Virus record (IMG/VR): IMGVR_UViG_3300025728_000001
Coordinates: 1 to 64,000 of that record
Source: a virus
DNA: 64,000 nt
Direction: 5' to 3' (one strand)
Position numbers and translations under genes: made by a program. Shown in pieces: positions 18,409 to 28,399 of the stretch. Numbering within the stretch: the stretch's first letter is position 1; each line of letters starts with the position of its first letter. Under the pieces are notes generated by a model that saw only the letters and a program-made list of their open reading frames with translations, had not been told where the DNA came from and did not search any database.

Positions 18409-18714
18409 TGTGAGTACCTTTTATGCGCGATTTGTTGAAGCGATATCCATTTCGTGAGCAAGAATTTGCTGGGTACGGCTAGACAGTTTTGGATTACGTA
18501 AGGTTTAGGGACCGCTGTTCTTCCAGATAGTGCTGAAAGTACGAGGGATATGTTATCCCCGAACGGCTGGCCGTAAACCCCAACAAGCAAAGGCTTTTGG
18601 CATAAAAGGGGTGGCGTGGTCCCACACTTGCCCCCACATCAAACCGTAGAAGGTTTGCCGGCGGGGGCGGGGCTTTATAGAGAGGGGGTGCGGCGATTCC
18701 GACGAATGGTCGGA

Positions 18715-19059
18715 TCAGATGGGGGTTTTTTGCGCTGTTTTGCTGTTCAAGTACGTCAAATATGCATCTGCACTGCCAAATATTTCAATCATTCGGGCCG
18801 CGTGGCGCTGTTCGGCGGCCATCCGTCGCTCAGATCGGTCACTTTGCTGCTGTACCTGGTGCTCATTCAAGCGCTGGAGGCCTCGCCCGACCTCGACCGG
18901 CAAGCCATAACCCGCCGCCACACTCAAAATCATGATCAGTACCCCGAGGCCAAGCCGAACACGCTTGGCCAGCGCCGGAATGGGGTGATACGCCGGGTGC
19001 ATGGCGCGGTAGACAAACACCAGCGCCAGGCAGAGGACGATTGCGGCAATTGACAGCAT
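18715..19059 (-). CDS. small membrane protein
   Basis: Two hydrophobic segments from ATG 19059. Confidence 0.6.
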   Translation of the reverse strand: MLSIAAIVLCLALVFVYRAMHPAYHPIPALAKRVRLGLGVLIMILSVAAGYGLPVEVGRGLQRLNEHQVQQQSDRSERRMAAEQRHAARMIEIFGSADAYLTYLNSKTAQKTPI

Positions 19060-19063
19060 ATGG

Positions 19064-19567
19064 TTATCCCTTGAATTCGAATTGAATGAGCCAGCACCAC
19101 GGGTTGCTTTCCGCAGGGGTGCCGGGAAGACTCCCCGCCCAATATTTGTGGAACTCGACCTTGGTTGAATAGCCGCACGCCTGCCAATCGTGCTCACCAA
19201 GATCGGCAAAGCGGGCGATGTCCAGGCGTTTGACGCGGCCGGTACCGAAGTGCGCGAGCTTTTGCGGGGGCAGCTCTTGCAGCAGCTCGAAAGCGTGGCC
19301 CTGTTGGATGGGGGCGATATCGCGGCCGATCAGACCGATACGGAAGGCGAGCCGAACGGCGTACATCACGGCGGGGGTGTCTTCGATACTCAGGCCGACC
19401 GCGGCCAGTTCCTGGTGGTCGATCACCGGTTGCGGATCGAAGGGCACGATGACCAATTGCACCGCTCCGCTTTGCACTTTGGCGCTGATTTCAGGCGAAA
19501 AGACCATTTTCTTTAACGAAAAGTCGGAATTTCCGTCATTGGCTCGGGTAAGGGCGCCGTCATTCAT
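19064..19567 (-). CDS. hypothetical protein (possible divergent ASCH/PUA-like C-terminus)
   Basis: Ends F..YW...NPWCWLIQFE. Confidence 0.55.
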   Translation of the reverse strand: MNDGALTRANDGNSDFSLKKMVFSPEISAKVQSGAVQLVIVPFDPQPVIDHQELAAVGLSIEDTPAVMYAVRLAFRIGLIGRDIAPIQQGHAFELLQELPPQKLAHFGTGRVKRLDIARFADLGEHDWQACGYSTKVEFHKYWAGSLPGTPAESNPWCWLIQFEFKG

Positions 19568-19982
19568 CAGCGGTTGGCGCCGGTTTCGCTTCACGCCAAG
19601 CCATCAAGTGCTCCCGAACGCCATTGAGGTCTTGGCCGCGCCAGGCCATGCGGGTGGCATTGGGGGCGTAAGCCACGCCAGCCAATATGGAGCCGTCTGT
19701 GAGCTTGATGTCCAGAAGGCTGTTGCGATCAGGCAAGTCCTCAGTTTCCCAGCTGTGGGCGTCCTTGGTCAGCTGCTCGACCGCCTCAACTACCTGGCTG
19801 ATTTCGAAGCCCTGGCGACTGTGCAGCCCCACCGTTGAGGCAATTTGCAGAAGGCCCGTCATCCAGCGGTCTTTGCGCACGGGCTTATCATCACCGGGGC
19901 GCAGCTCGTAGTCCTCAAGCTTGGCGGCACGGAATTCAGGCAGCCGAAAATCGGCCTCGGTTACTGTTCGTTGGTGTTTCAT
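19560..19982 (-). CDS. hypothetical phage protein
   Basis: Coupled ORF in the ssb-rdgC operon. Confidence 0.65.
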   Translation of the reverse strand: MKHQRTVTEADFRLPEFRAAKLEDYELRPGDDKPVRKDRWMTGLLQIASTVGLHSRQGFEISQVVEAVEQLTKDAHSWETEDLPDRNSLLDIKLTDGSILAGVAYAPNATRMAWRGQDLNGVREHLMAWREAKPAPTADE

Positions 19983-20245
19983 CAGCGGCTCACCAGGTTG
20001 AAAGTGATTTTCTTGATCGGGTGGTTATGGTCGGTGTAGAGCATTGAGGTTAGCGAGTCGATCAGGTTTAGTGCCGCCTCGCGCGCTTCTGTGTACGTCA
20101 TCAAGCCGCCGCTCTCGGGCAACCATTCCGCCTCACGGGCGTTACCCTGTGCATCTACCACCATGAATCGCCCTGACCAGCGCACCGGTTTTTTTGGCTG
20201 CTTGCCTTGGGTGCGACTGGCACGGCCATTAAAATTGACATTCAT
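19982..20245 (-). CDS. hypothetical phage protein
   Basis: ATG 20245 with AAGGA RBS. Confidence 0.55.
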   Translation of the reverse strand: MNVNFNGRASRTQGKQPKKPVRWSGRFMVVDAQGNAREAEWLPESGGLMTYTEAREAALNLIDSLTSMLYTDHNHPIKKITFNLVSR

Positions 20246-20366
20246 CGGGTGATTCCTTGCATAACTGGCGCCCTTGCGTAGAATTCGGGCTACTTTTCTC
20301 TGGCGATTAAAGTGAGAAGAAACCGCGCGGCCTCGGCTACGCGGTTTTTTTTCGTCTGCCGTTTGG

Positions 20367-21287
20367 TCAAATCCCCTGTGGGACTTCCTCGCCGCCAAGG
20401 GCTTCAATGAGAGTCGGCAGAAATTGCCGGAAGGTCAGCATCATCAGGACAAACCCCGCATCGAGCTGGCCCATAGCATCATCACCGCCGTCGGTTTCTG
20501 CCTGGTCGGTCAAGATGTCCTCAAACTTGATGCCCTTGATGGTCATTCGGTCGTCGAGCGCAAACGCCAGCTTGTCCTGGTAAGCCATGGCCACCTGGGT
20601 GACCAGCTTTCCGGTGCTCAGATGCAGCTGGATTTCTTCGCTGGTCAGATCCTGGCGCGTGCAACGGACAACGCCACCGTCTTCGTGGGTGTCACGCAAC
20701 TCGCACCTGTCGAGCACAAACAAATCGTCCGGTGCCTTCTTGGTCTGAACCCACTCCGTCATGCAGGCGGCCGGGTTGATCTTGACCGTCAGCGGGCGCA
20801 CGGGCAGCGAGCCGAGTACTTCGCGCAAGGTCGACAGCAAGTCCTCGGCGCGGGCCGGGCTGGCCGAGTTGACCAGAATCAGGCCCGCCTGTGGATCGAT
20901 GGCGGCAAAGGTGGTCGACCGGCGCACGAATGCCCGCGGCAGGAAGGCCTGGATGATTTCGTCCTTGATCTGGTCGCGTTCCTTTTTGTAGACCTTGCGC
21001 CCCTGGTCCGCTTCGATTTCTTCGACCTTTTCCTTCACCGCGTCCCGCACGACGTTGCCCGGCAAAATGCGCTCTTCCTTGCGGGCGGCAATCAGCAGGA
21101 ATCCGTGGCTGTGGTGTAGCAGTGGTGCGTCCTCGCCCTTGCCAAAGGGGGCAGCAAAGCCGTAGGTGTTGAATTCTTGGGTAGCGGTCGGGTGAGCCGG
21201 CTTGGTGGCCAGTGCGGTAGCCAGCGCGTCGATGTTCCACGGCAGGGTTTGGGTGAGGCGGTAGACCAGCAGATTCTTGAAAAACAT
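20367..21287 (-). CDS. rdgC: recombination-associated protein RdgC
   Basis: [11 protein letters not shown] start, [26 protein letters not shown]. Confidence 0.95.
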   Translation of the reverse strand: MFFKNLLVYRLTQTLPWNIDALATALATKPAHPTATQEFNTYGFAAPFGKGEDAPLLHHSHGFLLIAARKEERILPGNVVRDAVKEKVEEIEADQGRKVYKKERDQIKDEIIQAFLPRAFVRRSTTFAAIDPQAGLILVNSASPARAEDLLSTLREVLGSLPVRPLTVKINPAACMTEWVQTKKAPDDLFVLDRCELRDTHEDGGVVRCTRQDLTSEEIQLHLSTGKLVTQVAMAYQDKLAFALDDRMTIKGIKFEDILTDQAETDGGDDAMGQLDAGFVLMMLTFRQFLPTLIEALGGEEVPQGI

Positions 21288-21338
21288 GGTTGTCCTTAGC
21301 GGGGTAGGGCAAGCGTGGACCGGGTGGCCCACGGCGAA

Positions 21339-21854
21339 TTAGGCGCCAGCCAGGTGGGGCATGGGCGCAAAAGGTATGTCGTCGTCGAAACTGTCCGGCG
21401 GTGCGGCTTGCTGATTCTGTTGTGGGCGCGGCGCCTGCTGGCGTGCGGCCTGATCCTGATTGGGGCGCTGTTGGCGCTGTTGCTGTGGCTGGCTCTGCTG
21501 GTCACCCTGTGGGCGGCCGCCGAGCAGCTGCATGGTGCCCTGCATGTCGACGACGATTTCAGTGGTGTAGCGCTTGATACCGTCCTTTTCCCATTCGCGG
21601 GTTTGCAGCTTGCCCTCGATATAGACCTGGGAGCCTTTGCGCAGGTACTCGCCAGCGATTTCTGCGACCTTGCCGAACATGCTTACCCGGTGCCATTCCG
21701 TCTTCTCGACTTTCTGGCCGGTCTGCTTGTCGGTCCACTGCTCGCTGGTGGCCAGGCTCAGGTTCGTTACTGCGTTACCGTTGGGTAAATACCGGACTTC
21801 CGGATCTTGGCCACATGTACCGACCAAAATCACTTTGTTGACCCCGCGAGCCAT
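21339..21854 (-). CDS. ssb: single-stranded DNA-binding protein
   Basis: [12 protein letters not shown]...TEWHRV...DDDIPF; GGAGG RBS. Confidence 0.97.
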   Translation of the reverse strand: MARGVNKVILVGTCGQDPEVRYLPNGNAVTNLSLATSEQWTDKQTGQKVEKTEWHRVSMFGKVAEIAGEYLRKGSQVYIEGKLQTREWEKDGIKRYTTEIVVDMQGTMQLLGGRPQGDQQSQPQQQRQQRPNQDQAARQQAPRPQQNQQAAPPDSFDDDIPFAPMPHLAGA

Positions 21855-21871
21855 AAAAGCCCCCTCCTGTT

Positions 21872-21883
21872 GTATCCCTATAC
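21872..21883 (-). promoter_or_regulatory. operator-like GTAT-AGGG-ATAC site upstream of ssb
   Basis: Same 12-mer core as sites at 43888 and 54539. Confidence 0.5.
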
Positions 21884-22002
21884 GTGGTTCGGGTGTAGTA
21901 ACCCGCTGTTGGCGCATAAGATAATGCCTTATCAGGATTTAAAACAGCGCTTTTGTGTCTGCATGGTTTAGTATCTAGGCCATATCGAACTGAATTAGGG
22001 CT

Positions 22003-22503
22003 GTGAGGACAATGAACCTGGAAGTGTTTGAGGGGGCGGTGACCGACGAAGAGGCGGTGCAAGCCAGTTACCTGGAGCGACAGCGCCGGTTTTACCTGTA
22101 CGTCGACTTGAAAGCCGATGGCGTGCGCCTGGACTTGTTCCGGCACTTGCCGGAAAAGGAACTGCACACCCTGTCGAATCAGGTGAGCGTGGCGTGCAAC
22201 GGCCGGACGGGAATCACCGAAAAGCTGGCCAGACGCTTGGAATACCTGATCGGGCTGCCTTTTGGCTTCTTTGACCACCCACTGCCTGAGCGTGAAATGC
22301 GGGCGTCCTTGGCCCGCGGTACCCGGCTGGTGCGCAAGCTCGCCAAGTACGACCTTGATCCAGAGTGGACAAAGCGCAGCAAGAAGAAAATTGCTCAGGT
22401 TATGGAGGCGCCCAGCGGGCAAAGAGGGGTATCAAAAGCCCTGTATCAGCAAGTGATCGAGGCGTTGCGCCCGAAAAAAGGCAGTGCGAACAAGGAAGTA
22501 TAG
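22003..22503 (+). CDS. putative transcriptional regulator
   Basis: Divergent from ssb; ITEKLARRLEYLIGLPFGFFD resembles a repressor-type HTH segment. Confidence 0.5.
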   Translation: MRTMNLEVFEGAVTDEEAVQASYLERQRRFYLYVDLKADGVRLDLFRHLPEKELHTLSNQVSVACNGRTGITEKLARRLEYLIGLPFGFFDHPLPEREMRASLARGTRLVRKLAKYDLDPEWTKRSKKKIAQVMEAPSGQRGVSKALYQQVIEALRPKKGSANKEV

Positions 22504-22900
22504 GGAGGGAGGAATGTTAGACGGCCACCTTTCAGCTATGGTATACAGCACGCCGAATTGAGGTGATCCGCCTAACTCCCACTAAACAGGAGACGAAAAA
22601 AAAGAACCCTCCCCCGCCAAGGTTTTAGGTTCTTTTTGACTACACACATGAAACAACAATCACCACGTCAATCCGTAAGCTTTCCTTGCTTACCCCGTGC
22701 TATCAGGCGATGGCGCCAGGGGGATCTATTTTGTTGACGTCCCGAGTATACCACAGGCTCGGGATCTGCAAACTTTCCAGCCGATTCAACCAAGAATTTG
22801 ATAACGACGTTTCCCTGAGCCGGCCCTTTGGCTGTGATCCTCAGCGCCCGTTTTTGTCCGTCACTTTTGCCGTCAGCATCCAATTTCAAGGGGGTGCTCG

Positions 22901-23914
22901 ATGAGCATCATTCGCGCCGCACGAAAATCCCAGTTCTACACCCTGCCTACCGCCACCATCGACGACGACCGACTGTCATGGGAGGCGCGCGGCCTGCTGA
23001 TCTACCTGTTGAGCAAGCCAGACCATTGGATGGTGCAAGTTAAAGACCTGATCAATCGCACCCGGAACGCCATAGGCAAGTCTTCTGGCCGTGACAAGGT
23101 GTACACCATCCTCAACGAGCTGCGCGCCGCTGGTTACATCATCCGGAGCTTCCAGCGTTGTGGTGGGAACTTCACGGGGATCGAGTACGAAGTGGCTGAA
23201 ACAGCTGATTTAGAGGCTGGCGCGGAGTATGTCCGGAGCATTGAACAGAAGGGCCGGGCACCGTTTCCGGAAAACACGGAAACGGACTCATCGGCTGAGG
23301 ATTCACCGTCAGCGTCTGCACCGTTTACGTCTAAGCCCGAAACATTAGATAGTACTGAAAGTGCAATTAAGATTGAAAAAGCAGTAAAACCTACCACCGA
23401 CCCCCTGGACGAAAAAACCGATCAGGATCAGGGCGCCGATATCGACTCAACGCTACCCGCTGATTACCCAAGTGATTACCCAGGACCGGCCAGCTCGATT
23501 TTCAGAGCCTGGCGGGCGTATGCCTTAGCGATTCGTGAGCGGTACAAGCTTTGGCCGGTCTACAACTCCAAAGTTGGCGGCTTGATGGGCAAAGCTGTTG
23601 TCCGCATCCAAGCCGCCACCCCCGCCGCCGTTACCCACTTTGTGAAGCTTGAATCAGCCCCGAGCCTGGTCGACAAGCTTCACCCTGTTACCGCGTTCCT
23701 CATGTACTGCGAGTCGTATGCCGTCAAGGCAGAGCTGGCTGCGCAAAGCAAAAAGCGAGCGGACAGGGCGGCGGTGGCCGTGCAAGAAGCCGAACGAGCC
23801 AGCGCCTCAGCGCCCCAGGCAAACGAAAACACTAAATCCACACCGTCGCCAGCCTCGGCCGGCGCCGCAGCCCTGAGCGCGCTCAAAACTCGCGTGGGCA
23901 TCCCGAGCAAGTGA
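22901..23914 (+). CDS. phage replication initiator (winged-HTH N-terminus)
   Basis: DDRLSWEARGLLIYLLSKPDHW...LNELRAAGYI; internal inverted repeats. Confidence 0.75.
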   Translation: MSIIRAARKSQFYTLPTATIDDDRLSWEARGLLIYLLSKPDHWMVQVKDLINRTRNAIGKSSGRDKVYTILNELRAAGYIIRSFQRCGGNFTGIEYEVAETADLEAGAEYVRSIEQKGRAPFPENTETDSSAEDSPSASAPFTSKPETLDSTESAIKIEKAVKPTTDPLDEKTDQDQGADIDSTLPADYPSDYPGPASSIFRAWRAYALAIRERYKLWPVYNSKVGGLMGKAVVRIQAATPAAVTHFVKLESAPSLVDKLHPVTAFLMYCESYAVKAELAAQSKKRADRAAVAVQEAERASASAPQANENTKSTPSPASAGAAALSALKTRVGIPSK

Positions 23915-23959
23915 TTCACCCGTAACCCCCAACACTCAATCGCCAGAGAGAAAACAACC

Positions 23960-24373
23960 ATGCGCCATTCAGGTAAAAACCCAACCAAAGCCCAAAACCA
24001 GTGGTTCAACGACGTTGCGGACATTTGCGGCTGCATCTGCTGCATATTGGACGGCTTCCCACGGGACTTTTCCGAGAACGCCCACGTTTCGATCCACCAC
24101 TGTGACGGTCGCACCAAGCCCCACGCCCATTTCTTTGTGCTGCCGCTGTGCGCTGGCCACCACCAAAACGGCTATGGCCAGCGCCCTGGCATGTTGGCGG
24201 TTCACGGCCACAAAGCCCGCTGGATTGCGGAGTACGGCCGCGAAATCGAATTGGTGGGGATGTGTGTCCAGATGGTGGACGCCTCGGGCCGCGCGGTACC
24301 GGATGGCGTGCGGGCACTGGTGACAGCATGGGAACAGAGCAATCACGAGTCGACAGAGGCCATTGCATGCTGA
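23960..24373 (+). CDS. ref: Ref-family recombination enhancement nuclease
   Basis: GCICC, IHHCDGRTKP.AHF.VLPLCAGHHQ. Confidence 0.85.
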   Translation: MRHSGKNPTKAQNQWFNDVADICGCICCILDGFPRDFSENAHVSIHHCDGRTKPHAHFFVLPLCAGHHQNGYGQRPGMLAVHGHKARWIAEYGREIELVGMCVQMVDASGRAVPDGVRALVTAWEQSNHESTEAIAC

Positions 24374-24570
24374 GTACAGAGGACAGGGTGCTCACCAAGA
24401 GCACCAAGTCTTGCCGGTGTGGAAGCACCGCCCTGATTGAATTCCAGTCGCTCAACCGAAAGCGGTGTAGCGACTGCAACAAACTCATCTACTGGCCGCT
24501 CACCACGGGCCAGCAACCACTCAACGGCCACCACCGGGCGGGCCGCAAGAACAAGGATCAACCCAAATGA
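24367..24570 (+). CDS. small zinc-ribbon protein
   Basis: CRCG...CSDC from ATG 24367. Confidence 0.6.
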   Translation: MLSTEDRVLTKSTKSCRCGSTALIEFQSLNRKRCSDCNKLIYWPLTTGQQPLNGHHRAGRKNKDQPK

Positions 24571-25007
24571 AAGTAAGACGTATCGGTACCCACGATCTGC
24601 CCCTGCCTGAGCGCGCCAAGGCTCGCGACTTCGGTTATGACCTGCGCACTACCGCGGCCTTTACGATCCACCCTGGTCAGCGCCTAACAGTCCCGACCGG
24701 CTTCGCCTACGACTTCCTGGTCGATCAGGGCGCCATGATCTGGCCGCGCAGTGGATTGGCGGACCAGCACGGGATCGACACCCTGGCCGGTCTGGTCGAC
24801 GGTGGCTATCAGGGTGAGGCGAAGGCGATCCTAATCAACCACGGCCATGAGCCGGTATCGTTTGAGGCGGGGGATAGAATCGCGCAGATGGTAATCATTA
24901 CCCGCGTGTCACCGGCATTTTTCAGTACCGAAATGGAAGAGGTCGAAGAGTTCACTACGGCCTCAGACCGTGGTGTCGGGGGCTTCGGCCACACTGGCGC
25001 CGCATAG
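24567..25007 (+). CDS. dut: trimeric dUTPase
   Basis: GYDL, PRSGLA, GLVDGGYQGE, GDRIAQ, RGVGGFGHTG. Confidence 0.96.
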   Translation: MKVRRIGTHDLPLPERAKARDFGYDLRTTAAFTIHPGQRLTVPTGFAYDFLVDQGAMIWPRSGLADQHGIDTLAGLVDGGYQGEAKAILINHGHEPVSFEAGDRIAQMVIITRVSPAFFSTEMEEVEEFTTASDRGVGGFGHTGAA

Positions 25008-25141
25008 CTTTACCCGATATTGTCCGGGGATATCTTTCTATCCCCGGACACAATCCATAAGTTTTATTCAAAAAAAGCTTTATAAAATTCAGGGCATAAT
25101 GATAATCTTGCGTCCTCACCAAAACGCCAGAGATAAACCCA

Positions 25142-25498
25142 ATGCCCTCCCTCCCACTCATGTTTAGCCGGATGTCGGCGGACCTTTTAGCGCACCGCAT
25201 GCGCTTCCTGGCCTGCCCTGAAATCCTGGCCGATCTGTACGACATCAACCCGCCGGCCGGGTTTGACCTTGAACGCTGGGCCGATACCGCTCGTGCGCTG
25301 ACCGAGGATCTGCAAGCCGGTAAAGCCATTACCCCCGATCAAGCCACCATCGCGTTGCTGGTCGAGTCACTGGAGGGCAATAGCGTGATCGCCAAAGCCC
25401 CTATGAGTAGTCGTGCTGGCCTGATTCAAGTGGCAGCCATGATTGCAACCCGCCTTGAGCCCTATGCAGGCCGCTCGATTCATCCGGAGGTTCACTGA
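25142..25498 (+). CDS. hypothetical phage protein
   Basis: First ORF after an AT-rich promoter-like gap. Confidence 0.65.
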   Translation: MPSLPLMFSRMSADLLAHRMRFLACPEILADLYDINPPAGFDLERWADTARALTEDLQAGKAITPDQATIALLVESLEGNSVIAKAPMSSRAGLIQVAAMIATRLEPYAGRSIHPEVH

Positions 25499-25499
25499 T

Positions 25500-26168
25500 A
25501 TGACCGTTCAACCCCTAATCCCGGTCGGCGGCAAGCCTGATTGGGTTGGCGCGATGGTGGGCAACGCCCGCTTTGAGTTCACCGCGCGTCTGTGTACCGG
25601 CAACGACAAGCTGCGCCTGATCGCCAAGCACCTGCCAACCTGCACCACGGCCGAGCTGGAGGTGTGCGCCGTCGGCAATTCCGACATGAATACCGCCCGT
25701 GTTGAGCTGTGCGAGAAACTGGTGGCGACCATGCTGCAAGAAGGCACGGTAGATCACGGTATTAGCCAGTTCGCCAAACTGCTGCGCTGTGAGTACGCCA
25801 ATCGCCTGATTCAGGTCATTTCCAGCTATGGCCGGTTCTTCTTTTACTCCCGGTCGTGCGACAGCGTGGCGCGGCTGACCTTTGACCAGCGGGTTTACTT
25901 GCACGATGAGAAAGGCGCCACGATTGAGGTTAAGGCATCCAGCAAGTGGAAGGGGTTCAGCCACGGGGGCACGCTGCGCGATCTGGTGTTGCAGATGCGC
26001 AACTACGTGATGCGGGGTGAGCGTATCGACCCTGCCTATCTCGGGATCGATCGTCGGCTGGGCGGAAACATTTGGGGCTATCCGCCTGAGCAGATGCGCC
26101 TGTGTCGTGAGGCGGCGCAGCAGCTGCCGATTATCAACGTGGCTACCCCGCTGGAGTGTGCGGCATGA
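25500..26168 (+). CDS. conserved phage protein, paralogous to 47534-47992
   Basis: GGAGG RBS; WKGFSHGGTLRDLV. Confidence 0.7.
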   Translation: MTVQPLIPVGGKPDWVGAMVGNARFEFTARLCTGNDKLRLIAKHLPTCTTAELEVCAVGNSDMNTARVELCEKLVATMLQEGTVDHGISQFAKLLRCEYANRLIQVISSYGRFFFYSRSCDSVARLTFDQRVYLHDEKGATIEVKASSKWKGFSHGGTLRDLVLQMRNYVMRGERIDPAYLGIDRRLGGNIWGYPPEQMRLCREAAQQLPIINVATPLECAA

Positions 26169-26314
26169 GCATTCACCAAGGGCCAAAGCCGTTTGGCCAT
26201 ATCAGCGTTAAGTCCGTGTGTGATGAGTGTGGGCGCGCCCGTAGCAGCGGTAACCATGCGAAGTGCAGCAAGAAGCGCCAAGTTCGCACCGCCTCGCTGA
26301 GGGCTGGACAATGA
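26165..26314 (+). CDS. small Cys/His protein
   Basis: Manual ORF: CDECGRARSSGNHAKCSKKRQ; ATGA-coupled on both sides. Confidence 0.6.
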   Translation: MSIHQGPKPFGHISVKSVCDECGRARSSGNHAKCSKKRQVRTASLRAGQ

Positions 26315-26754
26315 CCGCCTCTGTCGCGCCAGCGCTGGCGCCGGTCTTGACCGCCGCGGAACAGGATCAGATCGAAGCCGCCGCCCTGCAAAGCTGGCTG
26401 GTGGGTAATGCCCGCTCTATCCGCCCGGTGGCCCGCGTTGGGCTGATGGGCTGGGCGCTGGCGGCGCTCAAGGCCAACCCGGCAGTGGCTGAGCTGCATA
26501 TCCTTGAAGAGGTCTGCGCCTTCTACGCGAACGACGAAGACACTTTCAACGGTGAAGGCGGGGAGCCTTTCGGCTCGATCCCTACTGAGGTCGGCATGAA
26601 AGCCCGCCAGGCGCGCGAACGGTTCATTGAGCGGGAAGAGCGCACGAACACCAGCGGCCAGGCCCATTGCCCTAACTGCGGCGTCTGCCACACGAGTGAC
26701 GAAACCTGCGTTATAGCGCTTAAGCGTTTTAACTCTTTAGAGTCAGGTGAATGA
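26311..26754 (+). CDS. hypothetical phage protein
   Basis: Coupled ORF. Confidence 0.6.
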   Translation: MTASVAPALAPVLTAAEQDQIEAAALQSWLVGNARSIRPVARVGLMGWALAALKANPAVAELHILEEVCAFYANDEDTFNGEGGEPFGSIPTEVGMKARQARERFIEREERTNTSGQAHCPNCGVCHTSDETCVIALKRFNSLESGE

Positions 26755-27137
26755 CGCGCCGGCCCGAAGTGCAGACCGACATGTTTGCCATGCCGGCGCC
26801 CGAGCAGCCGAAGCCGGTACCAGAAAGCCCGGTACCGGTGGCCAGCGAGGAAAGCCGGGCACTCAATGCGGTGTATGGCGAGTACCTGGAGCACAGCGTG
26901 CGCTATTACGTGCTGGATTCGCCTGTGGTGCTGGATGGGTACTTCGACAAGCTCTGCAAGACGCTGCTGGCGGGCTGGGAGCTGGTCACGCACCGATACA
27001 AGGACATGTGCGATGAGTCGGCGCTGTCGGCGGGGACGGGGTTTCAAGTGCCGTTCCACAAGTTGGACCCCATCGTCTGGCTTTGCCGTCAGCACCCCGG
27101 AACCCCACTCAAAGACATTTACGGAAGCCACCCATGA
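26751..27137 (+). CDS. stand-alone NAD-ligase domain Ia-like protein
   Basis: HSVRYYVLDSPVVLDGYFDKL resembles the LigA N-terminal YY..D.P...D..YD motif. Confidence 0.7.
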   Translation: MTRRPEVQTDMFAMPAPEQPKPVPESPVPVASEESRALNAVYGEYLEHSVRYYVLDSPVVLDGYFDKLCKTLLAGWELVTHRYKDMCDESALSAGTGFQVPFHKLDPIVWLCRQHPGTPLKDIYGSHP

Positions 27138-27733
27138 ATAACCAAGTCACCCCAGCTGGCGCCATCGTTCGCCATAACGCCACCTCCCTGCGCTTTGCCA
27201 CTGGCGACCTGGCCAAGGCCGAGTTTGTGGACGCCAAGCTGTTGGACGAAGCCCTGGCGCGTATTGCCGAGCTGGAAGAGGCCCGGCCCGCGGCTCTGCG
27301 CCAGGTGTATGACCTGATCGGCCTGCACTACAGCCACCCGGTATCGGTTCTGCTGGAAAATTTCAAAAACATCAAGCGGTTTTCCGACCTTCTGCACGCC
27401 GTGGAGCGTGAGTTTTTCATGGTGCCGGGTGAGCCAAGCGACGAGCCCGAGGACGAAGGTGCGCCGGTTGACGACGATTGCCTGTTGAATTGCTGGGGAT
27501 CGAGCCAAGAGCAGTACCTTGAGCAGTTCCGTCTCGCGCTGCTGATGCTTTCCAAGCCAGCAGGGGAAGCGGTGGCCCATATCCAGTTTGGCGAGGTTGA
27601 TTCGGGCGAGATTGGCGATTACGAGATTGAGCCCAACCGTAAGGTCTGTGACGCCTTGAACGTGGCGGACAACGGGAATGCGTCGATCTATGACCTTTAC
27701 CTGTTCCCCCGCCAGGATGCCGCCGCGCAATGA
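27134..27733 (+). CDS. hypothetical phage protein
   Basis: Coupled ORF. Confidence 0.65.
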   Translation: MNNQVTPAGAIVRHNATSLRFATGDLAKAEFVDAKLLDEALARIAELEEARPAALRQVYDLIGLHYSHPVSVLLENFKNIKRFSDLLHAVEREFFMVPGEPSDEPEDEGAPVDDDCLLNCWGSSQEQYLEQFRLALLMLSKPAGEAVAHIQFGEVDSGEIGDYEIEPNRKVCDALNVADNGNASIYDLYLFPRQDAAAQ

Positions 27734-28003
27734 CCACGCACCTGGTTTGGTTCGCGCCTCAGTACGGCAATCCCGGCTGCTGGCGCGAATGCACCGTTGA
27801 CCGCTTTGGCGTGTGGCGTGGCCCTACCGGCTCCTACATCCCGGCCCCAAGCCCTGATCGAGTGAAGAAGAAATGAGCAACTGCGACTGGAACAGCGCAG
27901 ACCGCAACCGGGAGCTTGCCCGCGAGCGTGCTGAGCGTAGCGACCCTTTCCACCCAATACGTCGCTCCAAGGGCGAAAAGCACCGCAATAGGAAGGCGCG
28001 CAA

Positions 28004-28399
28004 ATGAAAGCACTGACAATTCGCCAGCCGTGGGCATGGCTGATCATCCACGGCGGCAAGGACATCGAAAACCGCTCGTGGCACACCAAGTTTCGCGGGC
28101 GCTTCCTGGTGCATGCCGCCAAGGGCATGACAAGGGACGAATACGCCGACGGCTACAAGTTCGCCCTGGAATGCGGCATTACCGACCTGCCGCGCTTCGG
28201 TGAGCTGCAACGGGGCGGGATTATCGGCTCTGTGGAGCTGGTCGACAGCCTGGACCATAGCGATTCGCCTTGGTACATGGGGCAAAAGGCCTTTGTCCTG
28301 CGCGAGCCTCGGTTCCTGCCGTTCACCGCCTACAAAGGGCAGCTTCAATTCTTCGAAGTGTCGAACGCCCTACTGCCGCACGGAGCTGCAAATGTCTGA
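28004..28399 (+). CDS. ASCH domain protein
   Basis: MKALTIRQPWAWLIIHGGKDIENRSW. Confidence 0.92.
   Translation: MKALTIRQPWAWLIIHGGKDIENRSWHTKFRGRFLVHAAKGMTRDEYADGYKFALECGITDLPRFGELQRGGIIGSVELVDSLDHSDSPWYMGQKAFVLREPRFLPFTAYKGQLQFFEVSNALLPHGAANV

Noticed and set aside
18525-23362. 15/16 match AGATAGT(G/A)CTGAAAGT near int and inside rep
   Set aside because: Matches of this quality are expected by chance in 64 kb and only two copies were seen
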